A DNA stretch of 63,809 nt, counting the filler, from Stramenopiles sp. TOSAG23-3 (taxonomy: Eukaryota): assembly GCA_900128585.1 (NCBI GenBank). It is 11 parts of 11 records of this genome, joined end to end, with 100 filler letters (N's around TTAATTAATTAA, not from the genome) between each part and the next. Parts side by side here need not be neighbours in the genome. Positions count along the whole stretch, not along the records: positions 41,072 to 47,796 come from LT643265.1; positions 47,897 to 54,619 come from LT643266.1; 9 more parts are not named here. One strand, written 5' to 3'. Shown here one piece after another: positions 42,851-52,968 of the stretch (within the stretch, counting starts at the first letter, position 1; every line of letters begins with the position of its first letter). The notes beneath the pieces were generated by a model that ran no database searches, had not been told where the DNA came from, and saw only the letters and a list, made by a program, of their open reading frames with translations. A program made the position numbers and the translations under genes.

Positions 42851-43931
42851 CTACATATGCGATGCAGACCAGCCTCCAGGATTGCCGGAACCGCCCAGCC
42901 ACCTCTCATGGTTCACTTGCCCTATTCGCGTATACTTATTTGCAAATTTCTTAACAGGAACGGGCAATGGAAGTTTCAACGACTTGCTCCGTTCAAACCA
43001 TCCAAACGTTGGGCCCTTTCCCATTTTCTTCTTTGCCCTTACAATATTTACAGCTTTCTCCCATTCGCTGGTAGTAATGAAATGAAACATATTTTATATG
43101 TTAGTACACACCAGGGCAATTTTTGTGGAAATGTAAGAAAATAGGAGGATGGTTGGGGAATACTTACCTTGGTTCATAAATTGGATCGACCAGAACATCA
43201 ACCACTTCTTCCTCCGTCCCTTGAATCAGACGTTTGTTTGCTCTTTGCGCAGCTTCTTCCTCTTCAATCTGTATCGTCGCGTGGACCTTTCGTGATTTGT
43301 AAAGGTCGAACAAGGATTTTCTCGTTGACTTAAACCGTTCCAGACGCTCCATAGTATCCCGATTTTCCAGCATGCTGGCTACCTTGGCGGAAAGCTTGCA
43401 TTTTTCCAACAGCGAATCGAGGCCCTTGGAAACTTCGTTGAGAATGTGAAATGATTCGTAAATGTGATGTGGGCAGCCATGCCGGGTCAATTTTTTCTGG
43501 ACCTGAATTTCCCCATCCACCGACTTAATTTTAATCTTCAACTTTTCGCTTTCGAGTTTTATCCGGTTTCCCAACAGACGCAGGCCCACGGCGATCCTTT
43601 TGCCGTACTGTTGATCGCGCGACTGAGCCGGCCGTGGACCGGCCCTGATGTGGTCCGGCTCGTTTGCGATTAATACCTTCCTCATTTGCGCTTCTTGCTC
43701 TAGCAAGGAAAACAGCGCAAACTCTTGCTCGATTATGTCTTTCGGGGTTGAGTGCGACCCCAAGATAATGTCATGGTACACCTCATCTGCATCTTGTTGT
43801 ATCTCTATCCATGCAGAATAAGTCTGGCTCAATTTTTGAAGGGAAGAGAACCGTTTCGTCATTCGGTGCTTGGTCGTTCTCCATGATTCGACACACTTCG
43901 ACATGGTGCGCTGGTCGTACGTTTTCTTCAT
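42851..43931 (-). CDS. Uncharacterised coiled-coil protein; two exons (43931-43168, 43067-42851)
   Basis: The ORF-track stop lies inside a 100-nt intron; splicing gives ...IYEPSEWEKAVNIV... in frame with ORF 42851-43090. Confidence 0.75.
43068..43167 (-). other. 100-nt spliceosomal intron with full consensus signals
   Basis: AAG|GTAAGT donor, TACTAAC branch point (43100-43106), CAG acceptor; frame restored. Confidence 0.85.
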
Positions 43932-44388
43932 CCCAACAGGAGAGGCTTGCCCGGCGCTCCTGGTGATGAATACAAGGTGAGAGGCATCAAAATATATGAT
44001 GGAGGGGAATGTATTCTTCGTTGATTGCGTTTACTTTTTTGAAAAATATAATATTAAATATTTTCACTCCGTACATGTTTTTTGTAGAAGTAACGAAGTC
44101 AACCATATTTTATTATTATGATTATGACATAATAAATATAATAAAAAGTGTTTGTTGTTGTTGTTGTCACCAAACACAAACGGTAAAAAAAAATCCTATT
44201 CACCTATCTAATATATTTTTATTAAGTATCCTTTCGATGTATATTACTAAATCTTATTATTAATTCGAGAATATAGTGGTTCGTTGCTTATCATAGTAAT
44301 TCTATAATATATTGTACGTATAATATACCCCGGTAGTAGTTTCCGGAAACGACAAACGCCAGGGCCAGACAAAAAACAAGAGAAAGAA

Positions 44389-46317
44389 CTAAAACGTTTC
44401 GTTAAACTGGCTGTCCATTCGATGGCTCTCGCTTTTTTTCAAGGCTTGAATGGAATTCCAGACTAACATTCTTTCTTTTTTGTTGGGAATGTGCAAATCA
44501 TCGTCATCCTCTAAATCCTTCAATTCGATTTCTATCAACAGGACGCCGACGATGTCGCACAATTTGAACTTATTTATTATTGGGGCGCTGACCTTTATAT
44601 GCTTTAGCCACGCCTCTACGTTTTCCCACGCCCACTTGACCACCGGCAAATCGGACAGATTCGGGTCTTCCTCGTCAGTGTCACTAGAATCGCTGGATGA
44701 TGCCGCAGGGGGGGTCTTCTTGTTTCCCATCCGAATGGCAAGGATCCTATCGACCTCCTGTGCGCGAGATTTCTTCGCGGCTGCTGCTGGTGGCGGTGAA
44801 ACTTTACCGTGTCCATGGCCGATCTGTTCCTCTGCCTTCCGCAAACGCGCTTTCAAAGTTGCGATTTCGTCCTTTAGCTCTTCTATCTCCCCCATTGCAT
44901 TGGATAGCGTTCGCATAACCTTTTTCATCTCAGACGACACGGCGGCGCGCGCGATGCTCGTCAAATTTGCAACAGTGTTGGCTTCCGCGCCTTGCTTTGC
45001 CAGAGCCGAGGTAGGCGGACGCGGTGGTTGGGCCGCCGCAGTGGCCGCCGGCAGCGGTCCAGGCTCTTTTCGTGCCTGTACGCCTTCGCTCGCGAGGAGA
45101 TCCTGAACGTATTCCCGAAGTTCGCCTCGGATAGCGTGGATTGCTATCTGGCGCCGTTCTTTCTCCTCTGCCAACTGCCCGCCCATTTTGAAGACATTCT
45201 CGTAGCACTGTTGAACGCGCTCCTGAACTTGTTGCAGCGCTGCTGCGGGGTTCTTGCTGCTTGACGCCCCGAGCAAAAGGCTCGGGGAAATCTTGTGCTG
45301 CGTGCCGCCGACTGCCCCACTCGTGCTTTCCAGCAACCGCACGCGCTCGTCGAACGAGGCAATTATCTCACGCTTGCACTTTGTCATGCTAGCGTCCAAA
45401 TGGTTGTCGATTCTATTCCAAGACACCTCGCTCAAAAGCGAACCGTTTGCATTTGCGTTTGTGCTGTTGTTCATGCTCGTGTTTGTGCCACCACCCAGCA
45501 GTGACATGCCGCTTGTGTCGTTCATGCTCCCGTTGAAGGAAACCATGCTACTGTTGCCCACGTTGCTTGCCCGCGTTAATGCGGACACGCGCGCGGACGC
45601 GGCATCGGCGCGATGAGAAATTTCGTTGGACTGCTTTGACATCTGGTCCATCCGCCGGTTTGCGATTGCAAACTGTCGGCCTACGTTCTCCAACTGCACT
45701 TGAATTTCCGACCTTAACGGTTTTATGCGCGTGCCTATGATCCTATCTACTTCCCCCCTTCCGACGCACTGCATGACGCCTTTTTCCGCGCTTTCAGATT
45801 TTTGTTGGAACAACTTCAGCTGGTGCAGCACGTTATCGTAGCGCAGCGCAGTTTGAGAGGACTGCTGTTTCGTGCTCGACATCTCTCTCGACAAACGAAC
45901 GCTTTCGTTAACCTGTGCGTCCACTTTCGACAGGCACCGGTTTACTTTCAGTTCTATACTATGTAATTTGCGCTGCTGCTCCAGGCTGTCCTCCATCAAA
46001 GACTCCAAGCGCGCCCGACTATTGTGCCGAGCTGACGGCGACGACGCACTTCCTAACGGGGAGCCAAAATTGGAAAGGGGAGAGAGGGGCATCCGATTGT
46101 TTGACGGGGAATTTACAGCGGACATGTTGAGCCTTACATTGCTCCGTGGAGAAGGGCTCGATGACATTGACGAGTCTGTCCGGGCAGAAGCAACCGCCGG
46201 AACAGGTCCGACAATACCCGTCTGCACAGACCTTGCCGACGAGAGGGTCGAAAGGGTCGACTGGATTATCTCGTCAAAGTCCGCGTCGTCCGACATCTGG
46301 TTTTTTAACGCATGCAT
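44389..46317 (-). CDS. Coiled-coil protein with C-terminal SAM domain
   Basis: PVVKWAWENVEAWLKHIKV...FKLCDIVGVLLIEIELKDLE...LHIPNKKERMLVWNSIQALK. Confidence 0.8.
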   Translation of the reverse strand: MHALKNQMSDDADFDEIIQSTLSTLSSARSVQTGIVGPVPAVASARTDSSMSSSPSPRSNVRLNMSAVNSPSNNRMPLSPLSNFGSPLGSASSPSARHNSRARLESLMEDSLEQQRKLHSIELKVNRCLSKVDAQVNESVRLSREMSSTKQQSSQTALRYDNVLHQLKLFQQKSESAEKGVMQCVGRGEVDRIIGTRIKPLRSEIQVQLENVGRQFAIANRRMDQMSKQSNEISHRADAASARVSALTRASNVGNSSMVSFNGSMNDTSGMSLLGGGTNTSMNNSTNANANGSLLSEVSWNRIDNHLDASMTKCKREIIASFDERVRLLESTSGAVGGTQHKISPSLLLGASSSKNPAAALQQVQERVQQCYENVFKMGGQLAEEKERRQIAIHAIRGELREYVQDLLASEGVQARKEPGPLPAATAAAQPPRPPTSALAKQGAEANTVANLTSIARAAVSSEMKKVMRTLSNAMGEIEELKDEIATLKARLRKAEEQIGHGHGKVSPPPAAAAKKSRAQEVDRILAIRMGNKKTPPAASSSDSSDTDEEDPNLSDLPVVKWAWENVEAWLKHIKVSAPIINKFKLCDIVGVLLIEIELKDLEDDDDLHIPNKKERMLVWNSIQALKKSESHRMDSQFNETF

Positions 46318-46741
46318 GAAATGATCTTCCAACACAACAGAGGGATGTTTTCAACAAACAATATATCCATAACCGTTCTATTCCAAGCTTTTTAAAAATA
46401 ACTATACATGTATAGTATATAGATATACTTCAACAAATTCAAAATCAATCAATCACACATTGTATTATCTTCGGTGGAAGAACGAACACAACAAAAAAAA
46501 AAGAAGAAGAAAAAATGAAGAAATCTTCTTCATCAAAAGAAGTTGATACAGCATGAACACACCATTATTTGGGTGATTTTTTAGTAGTACAGGGAATTAG
46601 TAGGAGGAGCGAAGTGTTTTCTATTTCATTCACGAAAACTGTTTTCTTTTCACTATTAATATATAAATAGAATATAGTATACTGATTTATATAGGTATAT
46701 TAATATTACAAGTACTAAGTATACTAAGATTTTCAACAAGT

Positions 46742-46753
46742 TTTCGCGCGAAA
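46742..46753. promoter_or_regulatory. Palindromic double E2F-like site in a divergent promoter
   Basis: TTTCGCGCGAAA in otherwise AT-rich DNA between the SAM gene and the H3-like gene. Confidence 0.35.
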
Positions 46754-47167
46754 TAATAATACATAATGACAACATAGAATATATTAATACTACCTTCATA
46801 TTATAAACTGTACTTCTCTTCCTATTAGTTTTATCTTTTTCTGATTTTTATTATTTTTTTTTTTGGTAAAAAAATAATAAAAAAAAAAATATCTTTTTTT
46901 TTCAACAATTTTTTTATTATTTTTTTTTTGTCTTCTTCTTCTTCTTGGTTCATAGTAGTATAGTGTACCAAGGTAACATCTGCGTATAATAGTAGTACCA
47001 CCGACCTTTCGTGCATTAATAAAGATGAATTGAAGGTATGAGATGAATAGAGAGAGAGAAAGAGAGAAAGATTTCTTTACGGTCATTCTTTAAAATATTA
47101 AATCTTTATTATCTTTCCTCGTATATTTAATACATTTGAAACGACAGCCCGCTACCTTACAGAAACG

Positions 47168-47506
47168 ATGCCACGAACCAAAACCCCCACGAAAGCGTCC
47201 AAAGCTCCACTCCGTTCGAAGCGCGTTCGCCGAACCCCTCAGCGTTTCCGACCAGGGAGCGACCTTCCAACTGAATTGAGCGAGATGGTACGAAACATTG
47301 CATGCAAAGCTGCGCAAAAGTCTAACATCCCGTTCCAGACCGACGCCCTCGGTACGCTCGAAGACGCCCTTGAGGGTATCCTTGAAAAGGTCTTTGTGGC
47401 CGCCTACTCGAAAGCGAAGGAGCGTGGAAGCCAAGAAATCGAAGCGTCTGACATTCAAGAAATTCACAAGATGATCATGAACTCTCCCTCGCCACAGCGT
47501 CCATAG
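47168..47506 (+). CDS. Divergent histone H3-like histone-fold protein
   Basis: PRTK, KAP, QRFRPG, MVRNIA, PFQTDALGTLEDALEGILEKVF, IEASDIQ align with H3 landmarks. Confidence 0.75.
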   Translation: MPRTKTPTKASKAPLRSKRVRRTPQRFRPGSDLPTELSEMVRNIACKAAQKSNIPFQTDALGTLEDALEGILEKVFVAAYSKAKERGSQEIEASDIQEIHKMIMNSPSPQRP

Positions 47507-47896
47507 ATCGATGAAAGGCGCATTACTGGTCTGGTGTACCAAAACAAGCGTACGATTAGAGAGTGTTGGGGTATTGACCCGTACGATGTTCTAAAAAATA
47601 TAAGAGTTTTTAAATTCTTATAAAGGTCTCGTAAACTTGGTAAATTAATTTAAACACAACATTTTCTTCTTTACTTATCAGAGAATTCCGGAGATTGACT
47701 TTCATAATTTTTAAAAACAAAAACAAATTATATATAGTATGTTTTAAGTCAAAAAAGAAAAGAAAAAAGAAGGTAAAACCGTTCAAGAACCCAAACNNNN
47801 NNNNNNNNNNNNNNNNNNNNNNNNNNNNNNNNNNNNNNNNTTAATTAATTAANNNNNNNNNNNNNNNNNNNNNNNNNNNNNNNNNNNNNNNNNNNN

Positions 47897-48328
47897 AACG
47901 GTGGCGCAACGAGCAGCGCGGGCGATAGTACAACCGTCGAGGAAAACCAGGAAGGGGAAGGCACGGAAGAAGATGCTGATAAGGACGACTGGGGTCTCTT
48001 TGTGCTGGACAACTTAAAAATGACCATCGATGGGTCGCTTATGGGTATGACGAGCTACATAGACGATTGTTTGTCTGAAACGAAGCCTTACAAGGACGAC
48101 TCCCTGCACGACCGGGAGATTACCCCGGAAGAAGAAGCGCAACAATTAGCAGATCAAATTAAACTTTTTGAAGATTTCGCGAAAGAAGCTGGCGAAGAAA
48201 TTCTCCAGAGCATCGTGGCTGAAGGGGAGCAAAGGAAAGAAGTTGAGCAGATGATTCAGGCAGATGTGGCCGAAGAAGCTGCAATGGCGGCCGCTGCTGC
48301 GAAGAAATCATCGGAGGGGCAAAAGTGA
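47897..48328 (+). CDS. C-terminal fragment of an uncharacterised acidic protein (5'-truncated)
   Basis: Frame open from the contig start (NGGATSSAG...) to TGA at 48328. Confidence 0.65.
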   Translation, partial: NGGATSSAGDSTTVEENQEGEGTEEDADKDDWGLFVLDNLKMTIDGSLMGMTSYIDDCLSETKPYKDDSLHDREITPEEEAQQLADQIKLFEDFAKEAGEEILQSIVAEGEQRKEVEQMIQADVAEEAAMAAAAAKKSSEGQK

Positions 48329-48371
48329 ACGGGAGCGAGAGAGTTTAAGTTTAAGTTTAATTCATTTTAAA

Positions 48372-49277
48372 TTAAGTTATGTTAAGTTTATCATCCGAAA
48401 GCGCCGAAGAAACGAGCGGGTTGCTCATGGTTGCATACGCCTCTCCTTCCTGTACTTTGCTGTTAGGAATTGGTGAGAACAAAATGCGTTTGTAGTTGCT
48501 CATGCATCCATGGTCATTTGGGTTTTGTTTCCCAAAATATACCCCTTTCAACTGCTCGTTCGTTGTCGTTGCATGCGAGACTAAAAAACAGTGGTACCCG
48601 TTGAGGCCGATCAGTGTCATGAACAAAATCATGCAGTAGACGGCAACGCCAATTTGCACCAGCGCACTTGCCCCAGTGGAATCGCTCAAATACTTTTCCA
48701 AAGACTCGCCCGCGCGCATGCTCTGGTACGCGATGGCCCACGTAGTGAGCGCAAAGACAACCACCGACAGGGCCGTTGCGCTTGTGACAAATTTAAAAAA
48801 GAAAGGGTAGTTTCGTTTGCCGACAGCGTTGCCCGTCCAGGGACAATAGTGATCGAAATTTTCAATCGCGGTGTTCGTTTGCCGGCAAATTTTTGCCCGC
48901 TTTTCTTCCAGGGGGACTTCCTCGTTGTCTACAACCAGAACATACTTTGTAAACTTGGTCTCGCTGCCGTCCAGCTGGTATTCTATCTCTTTAAACGGCA
49001 AAATCCCTGGTTCCGTCGTGTAACACAGAAACAGCTGGCTCGAAGCGTACAAAAACAGCACACCGACCACAAGGGAACAGACAACGCCTGCTCCCGCGGG
49101 CAGGCTGCCTGCAACGGAGAAGAACCATACTGCACAGGGTATGGCCATCATAAAAAAACTAACCCACACTAAATTAACAGCCCCGCCATCGTCACTGCTC
49201 AGAACCAAATACTTTCCCTTACATACTGGAACATAGCGCCCAACCGAACTTTTGAAGCTGGTTACACTCATACCCAT
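48372..49277 (-). CDS. DHHC-family palmitoyltransferase (Erf2/ZDHHC9-like) with DHYC variant and degenerate Cys-rich domain
   Basis: Four TMs, TEPGILP, FDHYCPWTGNAVGKRNYPFF, TTNEQLK, NPNDHGCMSN. Confidence 0.88.
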   Translation of the reverse strand: MGMSVTSFKSSVGRYVPVCKGKYLVLSSDDGGAVNLVWVSFFMMAIPCAVWFFSVAGSLPAGAGVVCSLVVGVLFLYASSQLFLCYTTEPGILPFKEIEYQLDGSETKFTKYVLVVDNEEVPLEEKRAKICRQTNTAIENFDHYCPWTGNAVGKRNYPFFFKFVTSATALSVVVFALTTWAIAYQSMRAGESLEKYLSDSTGASALVQIGVAVYCMILFMTLIGLNGYHCFLVSHATTTNEQLKGVYFGKQNPNDHGCMSNYKRILFSPIPNSKVQEGEAYATMSNPLVSSALSDDKLNIT

Positions 49278-49707
49278 TTCTACCAACGTTGTGCAAAAAA
49301 CAACGAACGCACTGTTGCAATTGTTTTTTCAAAAGAGCACGTCGTGAAACCTTGAACCTAATGATGAAAGAAAAAGGTCGCCTGTGGTTTAAACTCTTTG
49401 GCAAGAATGAGTAAACAAAATTTTCCTAGGGGATAATATTCGACATGGCTGAGGAGAAACGACAAGAATGTTCACAATTCGGTGTAAGTAGATAATAACG
49501 TAATCGTGCTTTTGTTGAGGAGGATTTCAGATTGAAATCGTTTGTTTTTTTGTTTGTTTCTTCCTTCTTCTTCTTCCGTTCGTTGTTTTTTTTTGGAGGG
49601 GATGGACGGACCCAAAGGAATGAAAAGAAAGTTTTATATAGGGAATAATTTCTATATTGTTTTAATATATAAGTATATTTAGAATTGTATTCGAATAGCT
49701 GTACAAA

Positions 49708-49745
49708 GGGCTTGGGTTTGGCTTAGGGTTTAGGGCTTAGGGTTA
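49708..49745 (+). repeat. Short interstitial telomere-like repeat (telo-box-like)
   Basis: gggcttgggtttggcttagggtttagggcttagggtta. Confidence 0.6.
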
Positions 49746-50134
49746 TCCTTCTGTCATTTGAAGAGGAGGTTGCTCTGTTGCTATTCGTATCTTATAGAAA
49801 ATATTGATCTTTTCTTTGGTACAGTTTGTGTAATATTAGTACAATATATGTGTAGTTTAATTAAATAAATTCCTATCAAAACGACACACTGTAATAATGT
49901 TTGAAAAAGGAATGATGAAGAAGTAACAACAAGAATTTTAACGATATGAATTACTACACAGCAAGGAGAAGGAGAACGGAAAAACAAGATGCGGAAGAAG
50001 AAGAAGAGAGAAGAAGGGAAGAAGAAGAAAGAAGAAAAAAATAAAAAAAAAAAAGACGACTTCTTTTTTTTCTTTCCTTTATTATACTTTTTTTATATTA
50101 TTATTGAAAAACAAACGTAAGGACGTTGATAAAA

Positions 50135-50800
50135 TTATAAACCTTCCCCGAAATCTTCTCCTAACAAATCTAAGCACTCCTCCATAAAGTCTTTCTCCCC
50201 TCCGTTTTTGTACTGCCATCCCGCACGCACGGCGTCTCGAAAAACCTTAACAACGTTTGTCCCATCGGCAGCGGAAACAAACTCCACAGGGGGTAGCCCC
50301 TTCTTTTTTGAAAATGCAAAACTCTTTTTGGTAACTTTGTAGTCCACGTCGATTTTATTTGCAAGCACAATCACCGGGATGTTCTCCCGGTACTTGCGCA
50401 ACTCTGCGTACCACTCGTTGAGATTCTTGTACGTCGATTTTCTCGTGACGTCAAAGCAAAGGATGCACGCGTGGGCCCCGAAATAGTACGAGGGGTGCAT
50501 GCTTGAGAAACGTTCCTGCCCTGCCGTGTCCCAAAAATCAACTTTCACTTTTTTCCCGTCTACTTCATCATCATACCGGAACAGTGTTAACGCATAGGTG
50601 GACAACTGTCTGGGGTGGTAGTCCCCCATTAAAAATCTTTCTACAAGCTTCGATTTGCCAACGGCAGAATCCCCAAGCAATATAACTTTTATGTCCGCCT
50701 CGGGCAAGTCGTCCATGTCGTTGGCAGCAGCGTCTGCCGACACTTTCTGACCACCCTGGTCCGCAACACTTACAGACTTCTTTCCTTCTCCGTCACTCAT
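50135..50800 (-). CDS. RABL2: Rab-like GTPase RABL2 (intraflagellar transport)
   Basis: LGDSAVGKSKLVERFL...QLSTYALTLF, DFWDTAGQERF.SMHPSYY, NKID, VSAADGTNVVKVF; no C-terminal prenylation Cys. Confidence 0.93.
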   Translation of the reverse strand: MSDGEGKKSVSVADQGGQKVSADAAANDMDDLPEADIKVILLGDSAVGKSKLVERFLMGDYHPRQLSTYALTLFRYDDEVDGKKVKVDFWDTAGQERFSSMHPSYYFGAHACILCFDVTRKSTYKNLNEWYAELRKYRENIPVIVLANKIDVDYKVTKKSFAFSKKKGLPPVEFVSAADGTNVVKVFRDAVRAGWQYKNGGEKDFMEECLDLLGEDFGEGL

Positions 50801-51125
50801 CGCGGTTCTCGTTGTAACCTAATTCTTTTCTTTAAAAAGATAATATCGTAAATTTTGCGGTTAATGTCCTAATTGAACGGTTTGACACAAACCCATATGA
50901 ATCGTGGCATTCCGTTCGTTATCTTTCGTTTTATGCATTCCTTTTCGGTTCAATCGTTGTGCTTACTACAAAACAGAAATATGAACATAAATACCTTGGT
51001 ACTACTACACACACAAGGTATTATTACTCCACTTATACAGTACTACATCATAATAAAATATTTTAAAAGTATAAATAAAGAAGAGTTTAGTGTACATCAT
51101 TACAATTTAAAACAAATATATCTAT

Positions 51126-51342
51126 TATCATCTTCAGTTATCATATCCTCCTTCTCTCTCTCTCTCTTCTTTCTTCTTCTTTAGTTTATACTTTATACTA
51201 CGTACGTCCTACTCCCTCCTCTATTTATAACTATCATTTTCAGTTATCATATCCTCCTTCTCTCTTTCTCTCTTCTTTCTTCTTCTTTAGTTTATACTTT
51301 ATACTTAAATACGTACGTACTACTCCCTCCTCTATTTATAAC
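51126..51342. repeat. About 105-bp intergenic tandem duplication
   Basis: tatcat.ttcagttatcatatcctccttc...tactccctcctctatttataac at 51126-51230 and 51232-51342. Confidence 0.9.
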
Positions 51343-52099
51343 GTCCTTCTATGATATGATTATGTTAATTTTGAGTGACTCGTTGGGTGAAAACTATCAA
51401 TTCACCGAAAAGATAAATAATATACTTAATATGTATATAATGTATTCTAATGTAATTATATCTATCAATACATTTCCAAAAATACAAACACAACTACGGT
51501 ATTAATGATATTTATAATGTAGTATATTGACATTTTTATCATGAAATGATAAGTACATATATATCTATCGTTATATACTTTTCATAGGTAATAAGAAGAA
51601 GGAAGGCATCGAAAGCATTCATTTGCTGAAAAGAGGGGGGCTTCGAATAAGAATTAGAGATAGGGTTTTTTTTATAATATTCATATAGGTATATTTGTAT
51701 ACTATTATTGTACTTTCTGTTAATATAAAAGGATACTTAAATATCACTAGAATACGAAATTGTAATTCTATTGTAAAACATTATCCTTTCCATTGATTAT
51801 TTTTATATTATATTGTGTTTAGATCATACAGTTATATAGGAAATTATTTGATGAAAATTGAAGATTGAATAATGCCGAAACGAAAAAAAAAATGGAAAGT
51901 TAATCAATAGAGAAAGCAAGAAATTTTTCAACTGGTAACGATCTTAGTACCAATGGAAAAAATCAGTCTCCAACGGGCTTTAGGGGGGATCACCAGTCGC
52001 GTGTAATTTGTTCATTACACCATATAGATCAGCAAAGAGATACAACGTGTTGAACGCTTCTTATTACAGCAAGTTTTCAGTCAACGTGTAACTTTGATA

Positions 52100-52822
52100 A
52101 TGGCTCGGAACAGCGGGAGAATGACCAGTCGAACTTTAGTATTATTAGTGCTCGCCTTTTTTGCGGCCGCCGGCGTACTCGTGAACGGGGAAATAGTCAG
52201 TGATAGAATCGTCGAAGAGACGGGGAACCCGGCTTTGCGTGGGTCTCTTGGGTTTTTGGAAGCGGGTGAACGTGCCAGGGGAGGGGACGGAAGTGACGAG
52301 GGTGGTGAGGATAATAGTGGCTCCGGCGAAACTCCAGAGAACGGGGAGGACTCCGACAGTAAATCCAACGACGAAGAAAATGAGGCAGCAAATGCAGTAG
52401 AAGAGGCCGCAGAGCAGCAAAAGAAGGAAGACGGGGGGCAGGAAGAAACTGCTGCTGATAGTGAGGATAATAGTGACGAAGGCGGTGATCTGGAGGACAT
52501 GTTGAAAAGTGGCTTGAAAGCGCAGCCTAGTACCAAAATGTCAGGCCAACTGCCAAAGTTAGCGAAAGAGTTGAGAGTGAAAGACCAACTGGTGTCACGA
52601 AAAAACGAAAAGGCGGCGCCTAAGGCCGCACCCCAAAGCCTTAAATCGAAGAAGAAGCGATCGCCATGGGCTGATTTTGTAGGCAGTTTAGAACCAACTG
52701 GAGTTGCATCAAAGTGCACCACTACCTGCCGCAAGTCACGGAAAAGAAAGGCGCAGGTTTGCGAGACCTTCTGTGAGCCGATTGTCGCTGCAGAACATGT
52801 GAAGCCGAAAAATGCTCTTTAA
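52100..52822 (+). CDS. Uncharacterised secreted acidic protein with LRG motif and C-terminal Cys cluster
   Basis: Signal (LVLLVLAFFAAAGVLVNG), NPALRGS, D/E-rich middle, CTTTC...CETFC. Confidence 0.72.
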   Translation: MARNSGRMTSRTLVLLVLAFFAAAGVLVNGEIVSDRIVEETGNPALRGSLGFLEAGERARGGDGSDEGGEDNSGSGETPENGEDSDSKSNDEENEAANAVEEAAEQQKKEDGGQEETAADSEDNSDEGGDLEDMLKSGLKAQPSTKMSGQLPKLAKELRVKDQLVSRKNEKAAPKAAPQSLKSKKKRSPWADFVGSLEPTGVASKCTTTCRKSRKRKAQVCETFCEPIVAAEHVKPKNAL

Positions 52823-52968
52823 ATCAACACTAAACATATATCTTACACTTTTTTATTAAATTAAAAGACGCATTTTTCGATCTACGTTCCCATCTACTTC
52901 GTACTCTTCTATAGATTACGTTTTGGCTGTGCGCGGTGCGGGAACCAACCCCCTTCTCATTTTCCTGC

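Noticed and set aside
43160-43172. ATACTTACCTT resembling the U1 snRNA 5' end
   Set aside because: It is the reverse complement of the intron donor AAG|GTAAGTAT; no U1 stem-loops or Sm site follow
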